Of a stretch of 64,000 bases of DNA, positions 41,118-56,072 are shown piece after piece. The stretch lies in NCBI GenBank assembly GCA_964016885.1, contig OZ024755.1, positions 6,634,001 through 6,698,000 on the forward strand. Direction: 5' to 3'. Source of the DNA: Eledone cirrhosa. Taxonomy: Eukaryota. The number at the start of each line of letters is the position of its first letter. The first letter of the stretch is position 1. The notes below the pieces were generated by a model. That model did no database searches and was not told the DNA's origin. It worked only from the letters and a program-made list of their open reading frames with translations. The position numbers and the translations under genes were made by a program.

Positions 41118-41147
41118 CACACATATATGTATATATACAAATATATA

Positions 41148-41231
<84 letters not shown>

Positions 41232-41256
41232 GAGAGAGAGAGATAGATACACACAC

Positions 41257-41287
<31 letters not shown>

Positions 41288-41319
41288 CATACAAATATAA
41301 TATATACATATATATATAT

Positions 41320-41384
<65 letters not shown>

Positions 41385-41672
41385 TATATGTATATATACA
41401 AATATATATATATATATACACACACACAAATATATATATATATATATACAATTCAAATGCTTACAATTTCAGGTTTGTTTCATATCAGATGTTTGGATCT
41501 TGACACTCTGCGCCCCTAACGACTCATCAACATCCATATTGTTCGGTACATCCAAATAAAGTTGTTTCCTGTTTTGTTTCAAATAGAATATAATTTCACA
41601 GCATCAAAGTAAACGAAACCAACACAAACTTGTATTTCAGCCTCAACGCATACATTTTTCTGTATGTATATA

Positions 41673-41799
<127 letters not shown>

Positions 41800-41969
41800 G
41801 TATATGTATATATACATATATATATTATTACATATACATATATACATTTGTATACAAACATATATGTACATATGTATGTATATATATATATATAGAGAGA
41901 GAGAGAGATATATATATGTATATATGTATATATATATATATATATATATAGATAGATATATAGATATAG

Positions 41970-42064
<95 letters not shown>

Positions 42065-42759
42065 TCATCATCCATAAGAACAAACTTTGCATTTAAAAAC
42101 TCTTATGCAAAGGAAAAATTAATGCCGTTTGTGTATTTCTGGACAATGTAGCATTAAGTTATTACTCTACTATATAGCTTAAAATAGAATATCAAACAGT
42201 TTATTTGTATAGGGGTCTATTCTACTGCATGTTGAACTCCTTTGGTAAACCAACGAAACTATGGTTTACGTTATTAAACTCTAACATGTTGTGACTGGTT
42301 TAAAAGTATCAAAAGTGGCCAACATATTTATGGTGTATTAACATGATTTATAATGAAATCGTTAAACTAAACATGCAATGCACAAATCTTTCCTTTTCCT
42401 TTTACTGGTTTTAGTCATTAAACTACGGCCATACTGGGCATCGCTTAAAAGAGATTTTTAGAACTCCTCAGTCCTAATACTTAATCTATTTTTCAATCCT
42501 GGTATTGTTAACGATAGCTACATTATGGAACATAAATAACCACATGTATCCCCATCTATATTCGGTGGGATTCTGCACAGTTTCAGTCTACCAAACACAA
42601 ATCGTTCGTTAACACATGGGTATTGTAAAAAAACACTTTGCGGAAGGTTCCACGTGGTGGGATTGAAGCTAAAATCCGACAACATATATAAATGGTTTAA
42701 GTATATTTTGTATTCGATATACGTGTATGGGGGAGGGAAATCCGTTGTTTCTTACGGTG

Positions 42760-43040
42760 GGTATTTTAATTGTTCGATCTACTGGACAGCTCTCTCGTAA
42801 AGTTACCGTGCAAATGGTTAACCATTCTACAGACACATTTTCTCGTAGTTCTCGGGAAGATTTAGCGTAGCACTGTGTGTCGCAAGTCTGACCATTTCAA
42901 TTGCAGGTACAACTAATTTTTTTTTTTTAGTAATGTGAATTAGAACAACATAAAATAAGGTTTATAGCTCAAGTACACAGCGTGCAGCCGGGAATCGAAC
43001 TCACAACCATACGGTCGTAAACCTAGTTCTTTAACACCTA
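42760..43040 (-). mobile_element. SINE S2, degenerate
   Basis: ...gctcaagtacacagcgtgcagccgggaatcgaactcacaaccatacggtcg...cgccttcac. Confidence 0.7.
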
Positions 43041-43469
43041 AGTTACCCGCCTTCACATTTCTCGATGAATTGAGTAACGATTAGAAACCCTTCTTATATG
43101 GATACTTCTCACACGATATTGATTGCAATTCAACATAGTTTTAAGCAAATATTGAATACGGAATGGCTGCTAGACTTACTGGTATTTTGGTCTGAGAGAA
43201 ACCAGTTGTTGATTAATGAGTGTGTTTGTTATTAGTGGAAGAAAAGTGATCGATAATACAATCATTGACAATTGACCTTCCTGTCGTTCGTTCATCTACA
43301 ACAATGTCAGTAGATTCGAACAATAAGCTAATCGATAGGACACATATATAAATTTGTCGAAACCTCTACATTACTTTCGTAATAAAAATTGATTCATTAC
43401 AACAGAACATTACTATTTTAATATGTATTGAAACAATACATATATCTCTGTAAACATTTATAGAAACAT

Positions 43470-43640
43470 TTATTGGATGGTGCGGTCTATGGTTGGTTTA
43501 CGAAAGTAGGAACGCAGGTTGGGGATTGGCTTAGCCAGAGTTATGCGTGCTGGTTTCCAGATTTTCTGAGTGTTTGGTTTACCGGTTAAGGCAGATCTGT
43601 TTACTCTTCCCATGCGACAGGGAGATCTCCCACCCACTTT
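43470..43640 (-). mobile_element. Degenerate LINE reverse-transcriptase N-terminal fragment
   Basis: VNRSALTGKPNTQKIWKPARITLAKP...RSYFR resembles the pre-RT 'N.SL.TG..P..WK.A.I..I.KP...SYRP' motif of non-LTR elements. Confidence 0.45.
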
Positions 43641-43659
43641 ACGTTCTTTGTTCACATTT

Positions 43660-44290
43660 CGTCTATGTTACCTTTGCATTTTATCTTTACGGAGTCGATA
43701 AAATAAAGCAACTGTAATGCACTGGGGTCGATTTAATCGATTTTCACCCTCCCCACAAAATTGCTGGCTTTGAGCCAGTGCGTGACTGGAACTTTATTTT
43801 ATCGACCCCGTAAGGATGGAAAACAAAGCTAACCTGGACGGGATTTGAACTCAGAACGTAAAGAGCCGTAACTATATGCTGCAAAGCATGGCGTCCGACC
43901 CTCTACGGATACTGCCAATCCACGGCTCAATAATAATTATTTAAATTTAGACACAAGGCCAGCAATGTGATAGAAAAGGCAGTTATATCGGATCCAGTAG
44001 TCAACTTGTATTTCATTATACCAAACACGAGATGTTTTGGGTATAACTTAATAAAATAATGATGGAAGGCTTTTAGATAATTATAAAATCTTTAAAATAA
44101 TAATTGTTTCTACTTTTGGCACAAGGCCAGCAATTGTCTCGTTGTATTACTGGTACTTTATTCTATCGACGTAGTAAGGAAGAAATACAAAGTTAACCTC
44201 GGCGGGATTTGAACTCATACTATAAAGGGCCGTTTTTTACTGCAAAGCATGGCGTCCGTCCCTCTACCGATACTGCCAATTCACCACTTT
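43660..44290. mobile_element. Cluster of SINE S1 copies in both orientations
   Basis: Plus fragment ~43660-43775; minus copies ~43775-43925 and ~44100-44288. Confidence 0.8.
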
Positions 44291-46169
44291 TTTTATATAC
44301 AATTGTTTCTATAATAAAATATATTATTGCTTCAATATCCAAAACAGTGTATGTAACGCTTGTGATTATTTTAAATGTAGCTATTATGACTCTACTACGA
44401 TGTAATTGTTTCAGTAAATATATTATACGATCTAATTCTAAAAAGAGGGCTTGAAATAGAATATATTCTCTCCTGCACACGTTTAGTTCACGTGCAGCAC
44501 AGATATTTTACCCAGGGGAGAAATTTATTTTCCCTATTAATTGTGTCCCTTATGCCACTTTATGATAATATTAGGTTAACGTAAAGATTATTTTTATTTT
44601 TTCTCTATTAACTTGTCAGTAGTGCATATAGCTATTTAGTTATAACAAACTTACTCGTTTCACTGACTAGCTTGGCCTCCCACACCCTTCTCAATGAGAA
44701 TAACAGAGTAGAAACGAATATCTAAGACTAGAGGAAATTCAAAAATACGATATAATTCATCTGGTAAGTCAGTAATTATTTATTTATATATATATATATA
44801 TATAAGCAAATTTATATATATATATATATTTATAAAGGCAAAATTATTTATATATATATATATTAATTTGCTTGTTTACTTCAAAGACTTTTGAGATATT
44901 TCATTGCACAGTTCCTAACGAGATTAGAGAAAGCAGTTCTGTTTAATGAAAATATGCATTATAATTAGCAACGCATCGGGATTTCTTTGTATCCCTCTAT
45001 CCTTCAGGTAACTGATAAAGCTAATAATCAAAGAAGACTGTTATCACACAGTTGTCTTGTTGCAAACGTTCTTCCCTCCAGTATGGGGTTTTATTCTGAT
45101 CCCACTGAGGATTTTAAGTTCAGTACTACACGGCTAAAATCATTCGTCAATTGCAAGGTTTCCTTGCCACTTACAGCATTGTTTCACACCTCTCTGCATG
45201 GTACTTAAATTAACTAGATAGAAAATTTAGTATGGTTAGAACTGTAGATCATTTTGTAATTGCTTAGTGGTTAAAAGGTTTCCTTCGCAATTATGAATTT
45301 CCGGGTATGATCATACTATGTCTCATCAAGGGCAATCTTCTTTATCACAGATTTGGATCGACCTCGACTGAAGGCTAATATATATATATAACCACAGAAG
45401 CTACAGCAATGGAAATTTATAACTAAAACAAAATCAATCCCTTCTAATGATGTTATATATTGTTGGCGGTGGTTGTGGTGTTGTTGCCAATATCACATAT
45501 GATCACTACTAACCTTTCACACACTGGCGTGTAACTACACTTGTGATATGGTAGAGTACAATGCCAGTTTACTTTAGTTACCAGTACAACATTTAAAAGA
45601 CTAAAATGTCATTATTTATTGATTACGTATTGTAGGCAGATAAGTGGAGAACTGTTGATAAGATTACTTGAAGAAGAAAAAACGAAAAAATATATAAAAC
45701 AACTAAAACAACAACAGCATCAGTAGCTACAACAAAACCTCAAAAGCCGGGTGTTGGCCCAAAATATTTTTTTAACAAAATCGTGTATAAGAAAAGGCCT
45801 ACTTTGGTCACCACTAGCCATGGGCTTCATTCCCCGAGGCAAAAGCCTAGGAAGGAAATCGAACACATGAACCTATGTTCCTGAGCTATGTTCCTAACCA
45901 CTAAGCCACACACTTTCACACAATGAATAAAATTGAGTGTCAGTCATACATCTTAGATTGCGTTAGTATTTTTCCATAGAAGAACAAAGAACCAATAATT
46001 TAATATTATGACTTTAAAGCTGTGAACGAAAATACATATTTAGAAATATTACTGTAAATTGTTGACATACAAAGACTTAAGTTATATTATGCAACATTTC
46101 AGAGATCAGAGTGAAGGTGTTGGTGGCAATAATGATGGTGATAAAATCTATGTTGGTTTTTACGATGAG

Positions 46170-46480
46170 CATTCGGTTGTTGGACCAAATGAACGTCTAC
46201 CTCGTGAATTAACACGTCAGTGGTTAAGTGTTTATTCCACAAGCACATGTACCTTTAGCGTAATTCCTAAGCCGAGTCACCATCAGTCATTATGCAACAA
46301 GACTGAATCCTTGAATTACAGGTATAGTCAGTTACAGTAAAGGCGCATGGCTTAGTGGTTAGAAAATTGGGCTTGCAATAGAAAGGTTGTGAGTTCAATT
46401 CTCGGACCAGGTGATGTGTTGTTTCCTTGAGCATTACACTTTATTTCACGTTGCTCCAGTTTACTCAGCTGTAGAAATGA
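46170..46480. mobile_element. SINE S2 body (-) and head (+) fragments
   Basis: aaggcgcatggcttagtggttag...gagttcaattctcgg...ttatttcacgttgctccag at 46340-46470. Confidence 0.75.
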
Positions 46481-46578
46481 GATGATAGGACTGGGGTCCC
46501 TATAATTAAATTACCCAAGACACCTCCAACGAGATATACCTTGGAGGAGGCCAGCTAAACCTGCATAGGTGTGAGCTG

Positions 46579-46671
<93 letters not shown>

Positions 46672-47024
46672 CAATCAGACACGTTTCCAAACAGTTCCTT
46701 TCAATCCAATTTCACTCTAGGGGCTTTGGGCGATACCTGGCTATGGTAAATGGCAGATTCTACGTTGAGGAATCGAACCCAGAATCTCATGTTTCTGACG
46801 CAAACTTCTATATCATTTAGCCATAACACGGCCAGTGTCTATAGGCATTCAATGTGATCAATGGAACGGCCATCTTTCTTTCTGTCACTTAAATAGGTTA
46901 AAAATATATCTGGTAGTAAAGTAGAGCGCGCCGAGAATATATTACAACTAAACACCAACAGATACTAGATTGTTGGTGGATAGGTATATACATGTTTATA
47001 AGTGTGTGTATATATATATATATA

Positions 47025-47100
<76 letters not shown>

Positions 47101-47254
47101 TGTGTGTATCTGTGTGTGTTGAGGGAGGTATGTGTGTGCATCATAATATGTAAAACACATTAAGGAAATATAGAACAGTCACATACATACACATACATAA
47201 TTCAATGGAAGGTAACACATATACATACACAGTTACAGATGCTCTTGCACACCC

Positions 47255-47336
<82 letters not shown>

Positions 47337-47463
47337 TTATGTACGTACGTATGTATTTATCTATGTATATATGTATGTTTATATGTAGGTATATATGTAT
47401 GTATGTACATACGGATATATGTATCTATATACGTCTGTATCTATTTATGTATGTATGTATGTG

Positions 47464-47571
<108 letters not shown>

Positions 47572-47625
47572 TATGTATGTATATATATATATGTATGTTT
47601 ATATGTATGTTTATATGTAAGTATG

Positions 47626-47656
<31 letters not shown>

Positions 47657-47681
47657 TTGTATGTATGTATATATATATATA

Positions 47682-47728
<47 letters not shown>

Positions 47729-47884
47729 TTGTATGTATATATATATATGTATGTTTATATGTATGTATATATATATATACATATATACATATATACATAT
47801 ATACATATATATATACATATATACATATATATACATATATACATATACATATATATACATATATACATATACATATATATATAT

Positions 47885-47940
<56 letters not shown>

Positions 47941-48307
47941 AGAGGAAGAGAAAGAAAGCTTTTTACAGACACAAAGAAATTAAACATGCAACCATCTTAC
48001 AATACTTAAAATAGAAAGTGTTTGTTATATTGCTATCAGTGTGTGCAATAATTCTTCTACATATTAACTAATTTCAAACATCAGTTACATTTCATAAGAC
48101 CAGTTCTTCTCACTGGTGACGTCATCACACACCACAATTCCTACAACTATTACACGTCTCCTCTTTCTACAGAAATCGTCTGCTCAAGTCCTACCTTTGT
48201 TCTTATCTGTAAAGTTTTGTTGGTTTTATTTTTATTTGTTTTTTTTTTTTTTGTTTTGTTTTGTTTTGTTTTTTTTTTGTTTTTTTTTGGGGGGGGGGTT
48301 CTGGGGT

Positions 48308-48422
48308 GTAGTAGTAGTGGTGGTGGTGGTGGTGGTCGTCGTCGTGGTGGTGGTGGTGGTGGTGGTGGTGGTGGTGGTGGTGGTGGTGGTAGTAGTAGTA
48401 ATACTAGTAGTAGTGGTGGTAA

Positions 48423-48473
<51 letters not shown>

Positions 48474-48474
48474 C

Positions 48475-48508
<34 letters not shown>

Positions 48509-48688
48509 ATGGTAGTAGTGGTGGTGATGGTAGTAGTAGTAGTAGTAGTGGTGGTGGTGATGGTAGTAGTGGTGGTGATGGTGGTAGTAGTAGTAGTAGT
48601 AGTGGTGGTGGTGGTGGTGGTAGTGGTAGTGGTAGTAACAGCAGTAGTAGTAGTAGTAGTAGTAGTGGTGGTAGTAGTAGTAACAGCT

Positions 48689-48736
<48 letters not shown>

Positions 48737-48871
48737 ACAGCAGCAGTAGTAGTAGTGGTAGTAGTAACAGCAGCAGTAGTGGTAGTGGTAGTAGTAGTAG
48801 TAGTAACAGCAGTGGTGGTGGTGGTGGTGGTGGTGGTGGTAGTAGTGGTGGTGGTGGTGGTAGTAGTAATT

Positions 48872-48904
<33 letters not shown>

Positions 48905-48964
48905 ACAGTAGTAGTAGTAGTGGTGGTAGTAGTAGTGGTAGTGGTAGTGATAGTAGTAGTAGTG

Positions 48965-48996
<32 letters not shown>

Positions 48997-48997
48997 T
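48308..48997. repeat. (GTA)/(GGT) compound trinucleotide array
   Basis: Direct reading. Confidence 0.95.
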
Positions 48998-49116
48998 ACT
49001 GTTCCAGTCGAGTATCATTTCTATTTGAATAAATGTTTCCATGTACCCTAAAATTAATCCCCTTCCACATTGTTATACGCTGGGAATATGTATTGGATAC
49101 CAATAGCATGAGTAAA

Positions 49117-49355
49117 CAGGTAAAATTCCGTTATAACGAATAACATTACAACGAATGTTTCAGAATAACGAATGTTTCAGTATAACGAATTTTTGTTCAA
49201 TGCCTGAGGTAATAACAAACAAACGCTCGAATTGTTTCGGTCGATCTCGTTATAAAGAATTTTTCGATACAACGAATTTTTTTATACCCCCGTGAATTTC
49301 GGTTACAACGCACTTTTTTATACCCCTTGAATTTCGTTATAACGGAATTTTGCTG
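49117..49355. mobile_element. pogo/Tigger-like (Tc1/mariner) MITE
   Basis: TIRs CAGGTAAAATTCCGTTATAACGAA / TTCGTTATAACGGAATTTTGCTG followed by TA; internal ATAACGAA sub-repeats. Confidence 0.8.
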
Positions 49356-50099
49356 TATTATGTTTACAACAAAGTACTTGAAAATTTTAACTTAGATCAA
49401 GGAGCCGTTTTTTTTTTTTATATTTGTGGAGAAATGTAGATGTGGAGGCAAGTATGCTATTTTTGGACCACACCAGAGAAACCGAGATATGCATTCTTAC
49501 TCTTTGGCGAGCCAAGATCTCTAGACTTTATCCTATTTACTGATAGAGAAATGAGAACAAGAGAGAGGTTGGTGGGCAGGGCAATTGATTACAGTACTTT
49601 ATATACCGACACCTCGAAAATATGAAAGACAAACTTGACCACGGAAAGATTTGAACATAAAGTGCTGAGAGTCAGAACGAACGCAGCAAACCATTCCTTC
49701 CGTGGCCCTAACTACTCTACCAATACTATTACAATAGTATTACAATACTATTTTTAACAGAAAAAAAATAGGAACATAACTGGAAGCAAAATAATTACGA
49801 TTTCCTTTTTTCTTTTCTTCGTAATGAATTCGATAATATATTTGAACTAGCTCTTAGATGGAAAACATCCGGTCTAGAAACTGGTTTAATGCCAAAAGAA
49901 GTACGGAAAATCGATTTTCTGTCAATTAGAGTGTTTAATAAAATCAATTACCTACATTAGGTGTAATATTGCAATACTTTACAACATAACGGGAAGGTTT
50001 CAAGTAGTACCTTTAGGGCTACAATGATATATATATATGTGTGTGTGTGTGTGTTTGTGTGTGTGCGTGCATGGGTATACTTATATATATACATATATA

Positions 50100-50171
<72 letters not shown>

Positions 50172-50206
50172 CATATATGTGTGTGTGTGTATATATATAT
50201 ATATAC

Positions 50207-50271
<65 letters not shown>

Positions 50272-50294
50272 CATATATATATACATATATATAC

Positions 50295-50349
<55 letters not shown>

Positions 50350-50789
50350 CATATATATATACATATATATATACATATATATATATACATATATATATAT
50401 ATACATATATGGTGGCTGCCAACTCGTTTTCGAGTACGGCCACTACTTTATATCCATGTAGGAGAACCCCTACCGATGCGCTGAACGAGTGTGACTTTTG
50501 AGTCCAGCCAGCGACTTGATAACTCTGGTACAAACACTACACTTGTGACAATTATTGACACATAGTGCTGGGCCCATGGTACCATGTGACAAGTGCAGAG
50601 AGATCTCCAGATATAAAGCAATGCCTGTGCCATGAAGCTTTTATAGTGAGCAAAGGCATTGCACAGAGCCAGTCCCACTCTCTTAACCAAGATGATATTT
50701 ACCAAAAAGTAGAACAAGTCAACATCATTGGATACCATCAGGGTTGCAGGTGTTATATCAGAGTTTTCCTTCTCCTAAAAGTTTGCATG

Positions 50790-50868
50790 TACCTCTTGAC
50801 CAGGATTTGGACCCTAGACCAGGATCTCAACCGTCTCTAGTACTTACCACTAGGCCACGGAGATAACT
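50790..50868 (-). mobile_element. tRNA-like SINE head next to a (TA)n tract
   Basis: Minus strand ctccgTGGCCTAGTGGtaag...GGTCCAAATCCtgg (A box and degenerate B box). Confidence 0.55.
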
Positions 50869-51479
<611 letters not shown>

Positions 51480-51549
51480 ATACTTTGGGAGGGTCATCTT
51501 GCCAATAAGAAACACACGCACCAGTTATATATATATATATATATACGTA

Positions 51550-51742
51550 TGTGGACGTCGGCTGAGGGAAAGGTGTACTCAATACCGAAGTAGAGTTATA
51601 ATATTCATTTTAGTTTGGCTAAATAGTGAGTCTTCTTAATCTGGAGTTTCGCATATTTATCACAGGGTCATCAGACAAGTACGTGATAAACAGGCGAAAC
51701 TCCGAAGTACGAAGACTTACAATTTAGCCTTATTAAAATACA
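51550..51742. mobile_element. Fold-back PLE-like element with degenerate hammerhead (family F)
   Basis: Minus-strand CTGATGA (51668-74)...GAAACTCCAGATTA; inverted plus arm GAAACTCCGAAGTA (implied palindrome ACTCCGGAGT); TTGAGTAC at 51575-82; TA flanks. Confidence 0.6.
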
Positions 51743-51778
51743 CATATATATACATATATATATATATGTGTATGTATA

Positions 51779-51809
<31 letters not shown>

Positions 51810-51810
51810 T

Positions 51811-52166
51811 TAGGGCGGGTAAAATTCTAGAGATCCATGGACGAGTTTTCTCTAGCGGTCTCTGTCCTTCATCATCGCCGCCATGTCCTCCGTCTCCCAG
51901 AGACCAGTGTCTGTCCTTAGGGCATCAATATATGTCAACCTCGGTCTCCCTCTTCTAGTGTGTCCGTATAAGGTCCCCCACGGGAGCACTGAGTGCAGTG
52001 CAAACTGTGAATGTCGGTGAGTATATCCAGCTAACCTCAGTCTCCTTTGTGTTACTCTCGAGCTGACTTGTGACTTTTGGGAGGCTTCCGTACAGCTCTG
52101 AGTTCTTCATCCTAAGTGTATACTGATTGATATTCAGAGCCATCCTCAACACTTGTGAAGCACCCA
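51811..52166 (-). mobile_element. 5'-truncated RTE-clade LINE 3' end
   Basis: VLRMALNINQY...NSELYGSLPKVTS, frameshift, QRRLRLAGYTHRH...GHTRRGRPRLTYIDALRTDTG; runs directly into (TA)n. Confidence 0.85.
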
Positions 52167-53133
52167 TCCTCTATGTTGGTGAATACAGGAAAATGATGGA
52201 ATACAGACAGTAGTCCCATCTCATCAGTTGGCCGCTAGAGATCCGTTCTTTTGGTCACTACAACTGGCTCTGGTGTACAATTGATGTGGTGGAATCGTTA
52301 GAAAGTCTTGGATGGGGGACTTTGAGGTATCTGTTCCAACTCCCAAATCTTTGAATTCTGAGTTCAATTCTGAGTTCAAATCTGAGTTCAAACCTGTTAC
52401 TGGATTAATAATGACCCTTCTATATGCAGTTACGACTGGCAGATAATTTACTTCTTCCTCAGCCGGCCGGCCGGCTTTTCATGAAAAGTAATTGGCCTAA
52501 AAACTTAATCAAGCTCATTCTCAAATACCAATTGAAATATGCTCACAACATTTTCTACTCCGATGTACGAGAAGGTAATGATTACAAAAAAATTCTGATT
52601 CTACATCTATTCTTGCAGAATTATTGTCAGGATTTATATCTAATCGATATAGCCATATATTTCAAATATCCTGTAAATGATTGAGAAAAAATATATAAAC
52701 ATAGATAAAAGAAAGTAAAATGAACGGTACCATGTCTATAAATAACTGGATTGGGACAGAATTTCATAGCAATCTTTCGATTACTGTCAATAGCATGCCG
52801 ATAGTGCTGCAGTTGTAGAAGAGATATCACTTTCACTGAATAGAAAGAAAAGCGAACGTCGAGATGAAAACAAAAAGACACTTAAACAACACAAGCAGAT
52901 AATTATTATTGAAAAGTTATCGAAGTAGAAACATCGTAATGATTATTCTTACTAAGGAGATGGAATAAGATTCTACTGTGAAAGATATAGATTAAGAATA
53001 TCGATCTCTCGATAATCAGCAATCATATAAAACATGTAAAAATTCAGTGTCCGAGTAAACTAATAGTGTTCTGCGTAGGCAAATATATATACATATATAT
53101 ATATACACACATATATATTTACTCACACACACG

Positions 53134-53195
<62 letters not shown>

Positions 53196-53206
53196 TGTAT
53201 GTATAT

Positions 53207-53541
<335 letters not shown>

Positions 53542-53603
53542 ATATGCAAATATATGTGTAAATATAAGTATATATGTATTATATAAATATTCATACAAAC
53601 ACA

Positions 53604-53679
<76 letters not shown>

Positions 53680-53809
53680 GAGGTTATATTTAATTTGTTG
53701 GGATTCAACAAGCTTAAAAATTGTTATAACTGGTATAAAGCACTCAACAAGGAGTGGAGTAAATACACAATATATTAATAAATGTAAACTATATTTATAA
53801 AACCATATT

Positions 53810-53875
53810 TATTTTATCATACATATTTCAAGGGCAACCAAGGCAAATTATGGTGCGCTTTCATCAGATAAAATA
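53810..53875 (-). ncRNA. Family E hammerhead, probably inactivated
   Basis: Minus strand TATTTTAT-CTGATGA-stem II (AAG/CTT, GCA/TGC, CCA/TGG)-GAAA-TATGTA-T-G-ATAAAATA. Same stem I as 27148; cleavage-site base is G. Tail with TTGAGTGC runs to (TA)n at ~53677. Confidence 0.7.
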
Positions 53876-54579
53876 CACATTTGTTTTATAAATAAATATT
53901 GACATACCCGGAAAAAAAGGCAACCTTAACCGCTCACACACACACACACACTCACGCTCCACACACACACACACGCTCCACACACACTCACACTCCTCTC
54001 CACCCTGCCTCCCCGCCATCCTACCTCCCCTCCACCCTCTCTCCCCTCCACCCACCCCACCCACCCACATGTAACACACATCAACAGAAGAGAAGCCTAT
54101 CCTGACTGACGGAGGTAATGAGACTGACGTCTGTAATTGACACCAGCCAGTGCTATGTTAAGTAACTAGTCCACGGTCTTATTATAACTTGTTTACGTGC
54201 ACATTAAACGCCTCAGTGAATGATTCTACAGAGCTCTCATCATCTTCACTTGAACACCGGCCAGGAGAATTTGGAGATTCCAGGAATTTCATTGTTACAG
54301 ACAGATTAGCTTCTCTATCAATTATTCTCATTTTCCTTCTCAGGTGAAACGATGAGACGATTCGATCGTCTCATCGTCGACATCGTTTCTTGTTTGAAGA
54401 AGAATAAGAGGAAGGAGAAGAAAGAGAAGGAGAAGAAGAAGGAGAAGAAGAAGAAGGAGAAAGAGAAGAGCTGATAATAATAATGGAATATGGCTGGGTC
54501 CACCTGCTGTATATATTTGCGCATCATCAGCCACGAAATACCCAGCATTCGGCTCAAAGGAAACAGTTCCAGCTTCCGC

Positions 54580-54810
54580 AGTAGGCAGAATCGGTAGAGC
54601 ATCGGACACTATGCTTTGCAGCATAGAGTTACGGCTCTTTACGTTCTGAGTTCAAATCTCGCTGAGGTTAACTTTGCTTTTCATCTTTACGAGGTCTATA
54701 AAATAAAGTACCAGTAATGCACTTGGGTTCGATTTAATCGACTTCCCAACGCGCTCCCCCCCCTCTCCCGCCAAAATTGCTGGCCTTGTGCCTAAATCAG
54801 AAACCTTTAC
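54580..54810 (+). mobile_element. SINE family S1
   Basis: Matches the S1 copies in the window. Confidence 0.85.
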
Positions 54811-55012
54811 TATTACAATTATTAAAAACCAAACAAACGGTGAAAGCAACAACAATCTGTCGTCTCTACCTGTTTCACTATCCTACACCTCAGACCAACA
54901 CTGACGCCATTGATATTAAATGTCTGTCAGGAAAAGTATATATGTATATATATATATATATATAGATAGATAGATAGATAGATAGATAGATGTATATATA
55001 TACACATATACA

Positions 55013-55074
<62 letters not shown>

Positions 55075-55110
55075 CTCATATACATATATGTATAGATACA
55101 TATACAGATA

Positions 55111-55236
<126 letters not shown>

Positions 55237-55763
55237 CATACATATATATCAGAGAGAGGGGGGAGGGGGAGAGAAAGGGTGAGGGTGGAGAACAAAAAAA
55301 AACGACTAAAGCTAAAGTAAGTACAAGAAACAAAACTGTTGGCTATAAAAAGCTTTCAGACAACCGTAAAACATTCACTAAGTTGTAGGCCGAGGCTTTT
55401 AATGACAATAACAACGGTAACAATAGTAATTATCATTATTGTTGTTATCATCATCATCATCATCATCATCATTACCATAATCATTCATGACGTCATCGCT
55501 TCTTTATCGTCTGCTTTGTTCCAGTATTGTGTATATCGTTGATTCTATGATTCTTATTCTTTTTTTCTAGTTATTATTTGGCCCTTTGTCTGGTTCCAGG
55601 CCTTTTCTGTTATTATTAAAAAGCTAGGATAGGACGGTGGATTAGTAGAGTGGTTTTAGAGCATCGAATAGAATAAAAAATAAAAATAATTAAATTATTA
55701 TGTACAGTGCTCAGGTGCACTACAATTCATCATCAAATGTGCATGTATAGTACATAGAATAAT

Positions 55764-55951
55764 TGTTTCTACTGTTGGCACAAGGCCAGCAATTACCCAG
55801 TGCATTACTGGTACTTTGTTTTATCGACCCCGTAAGGATGAAAGGCAAAGTTAACCTCGGCGGGATTTGAACTCAGAATGGCAAGGGCCGTAACTCTATG
55901 CGTCAAAGCATGGCGTCCGACCCTCTACCGATACTGCCAATCCACCGCCCT
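55764..55951 (-). mobile_element. SINE S1 nested in the LINE 3' UTR, 10-bp TSD
   Basis: atagaataat at 55754-63 and 55952-61. Confidence 0.9.
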
Positions 55952-56072
55952 ATAGAATAATGTACAAATGTCAGGAAAGTGAACAGTGTATGAGTCATGA
56001 TATACATGTGTGCGTGTGTATGGGGGGGGGGGTATCAGGTGTAGTGTTGGCGAATTTCAGGAAACATGGAAT

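Noticed and set aside
48116-49051. Poly-V, Ser/Gly and Tyr/His ORFs
   Set aside because: (GTA)/(GGT) microsatellite artefact.
50411-50445. GC-rich hairpin after (TA)n as a possible HDV-like ribozyme
   Set aside because: Simple nested hairpin without P3/L3 or the pseudoknot elements.
52185-52235. Minus-strand CTGATGA followed by a 7-bp hairpin
   Set aside because: No GAAA, stem III or stem I' follows; at most a truncated core.
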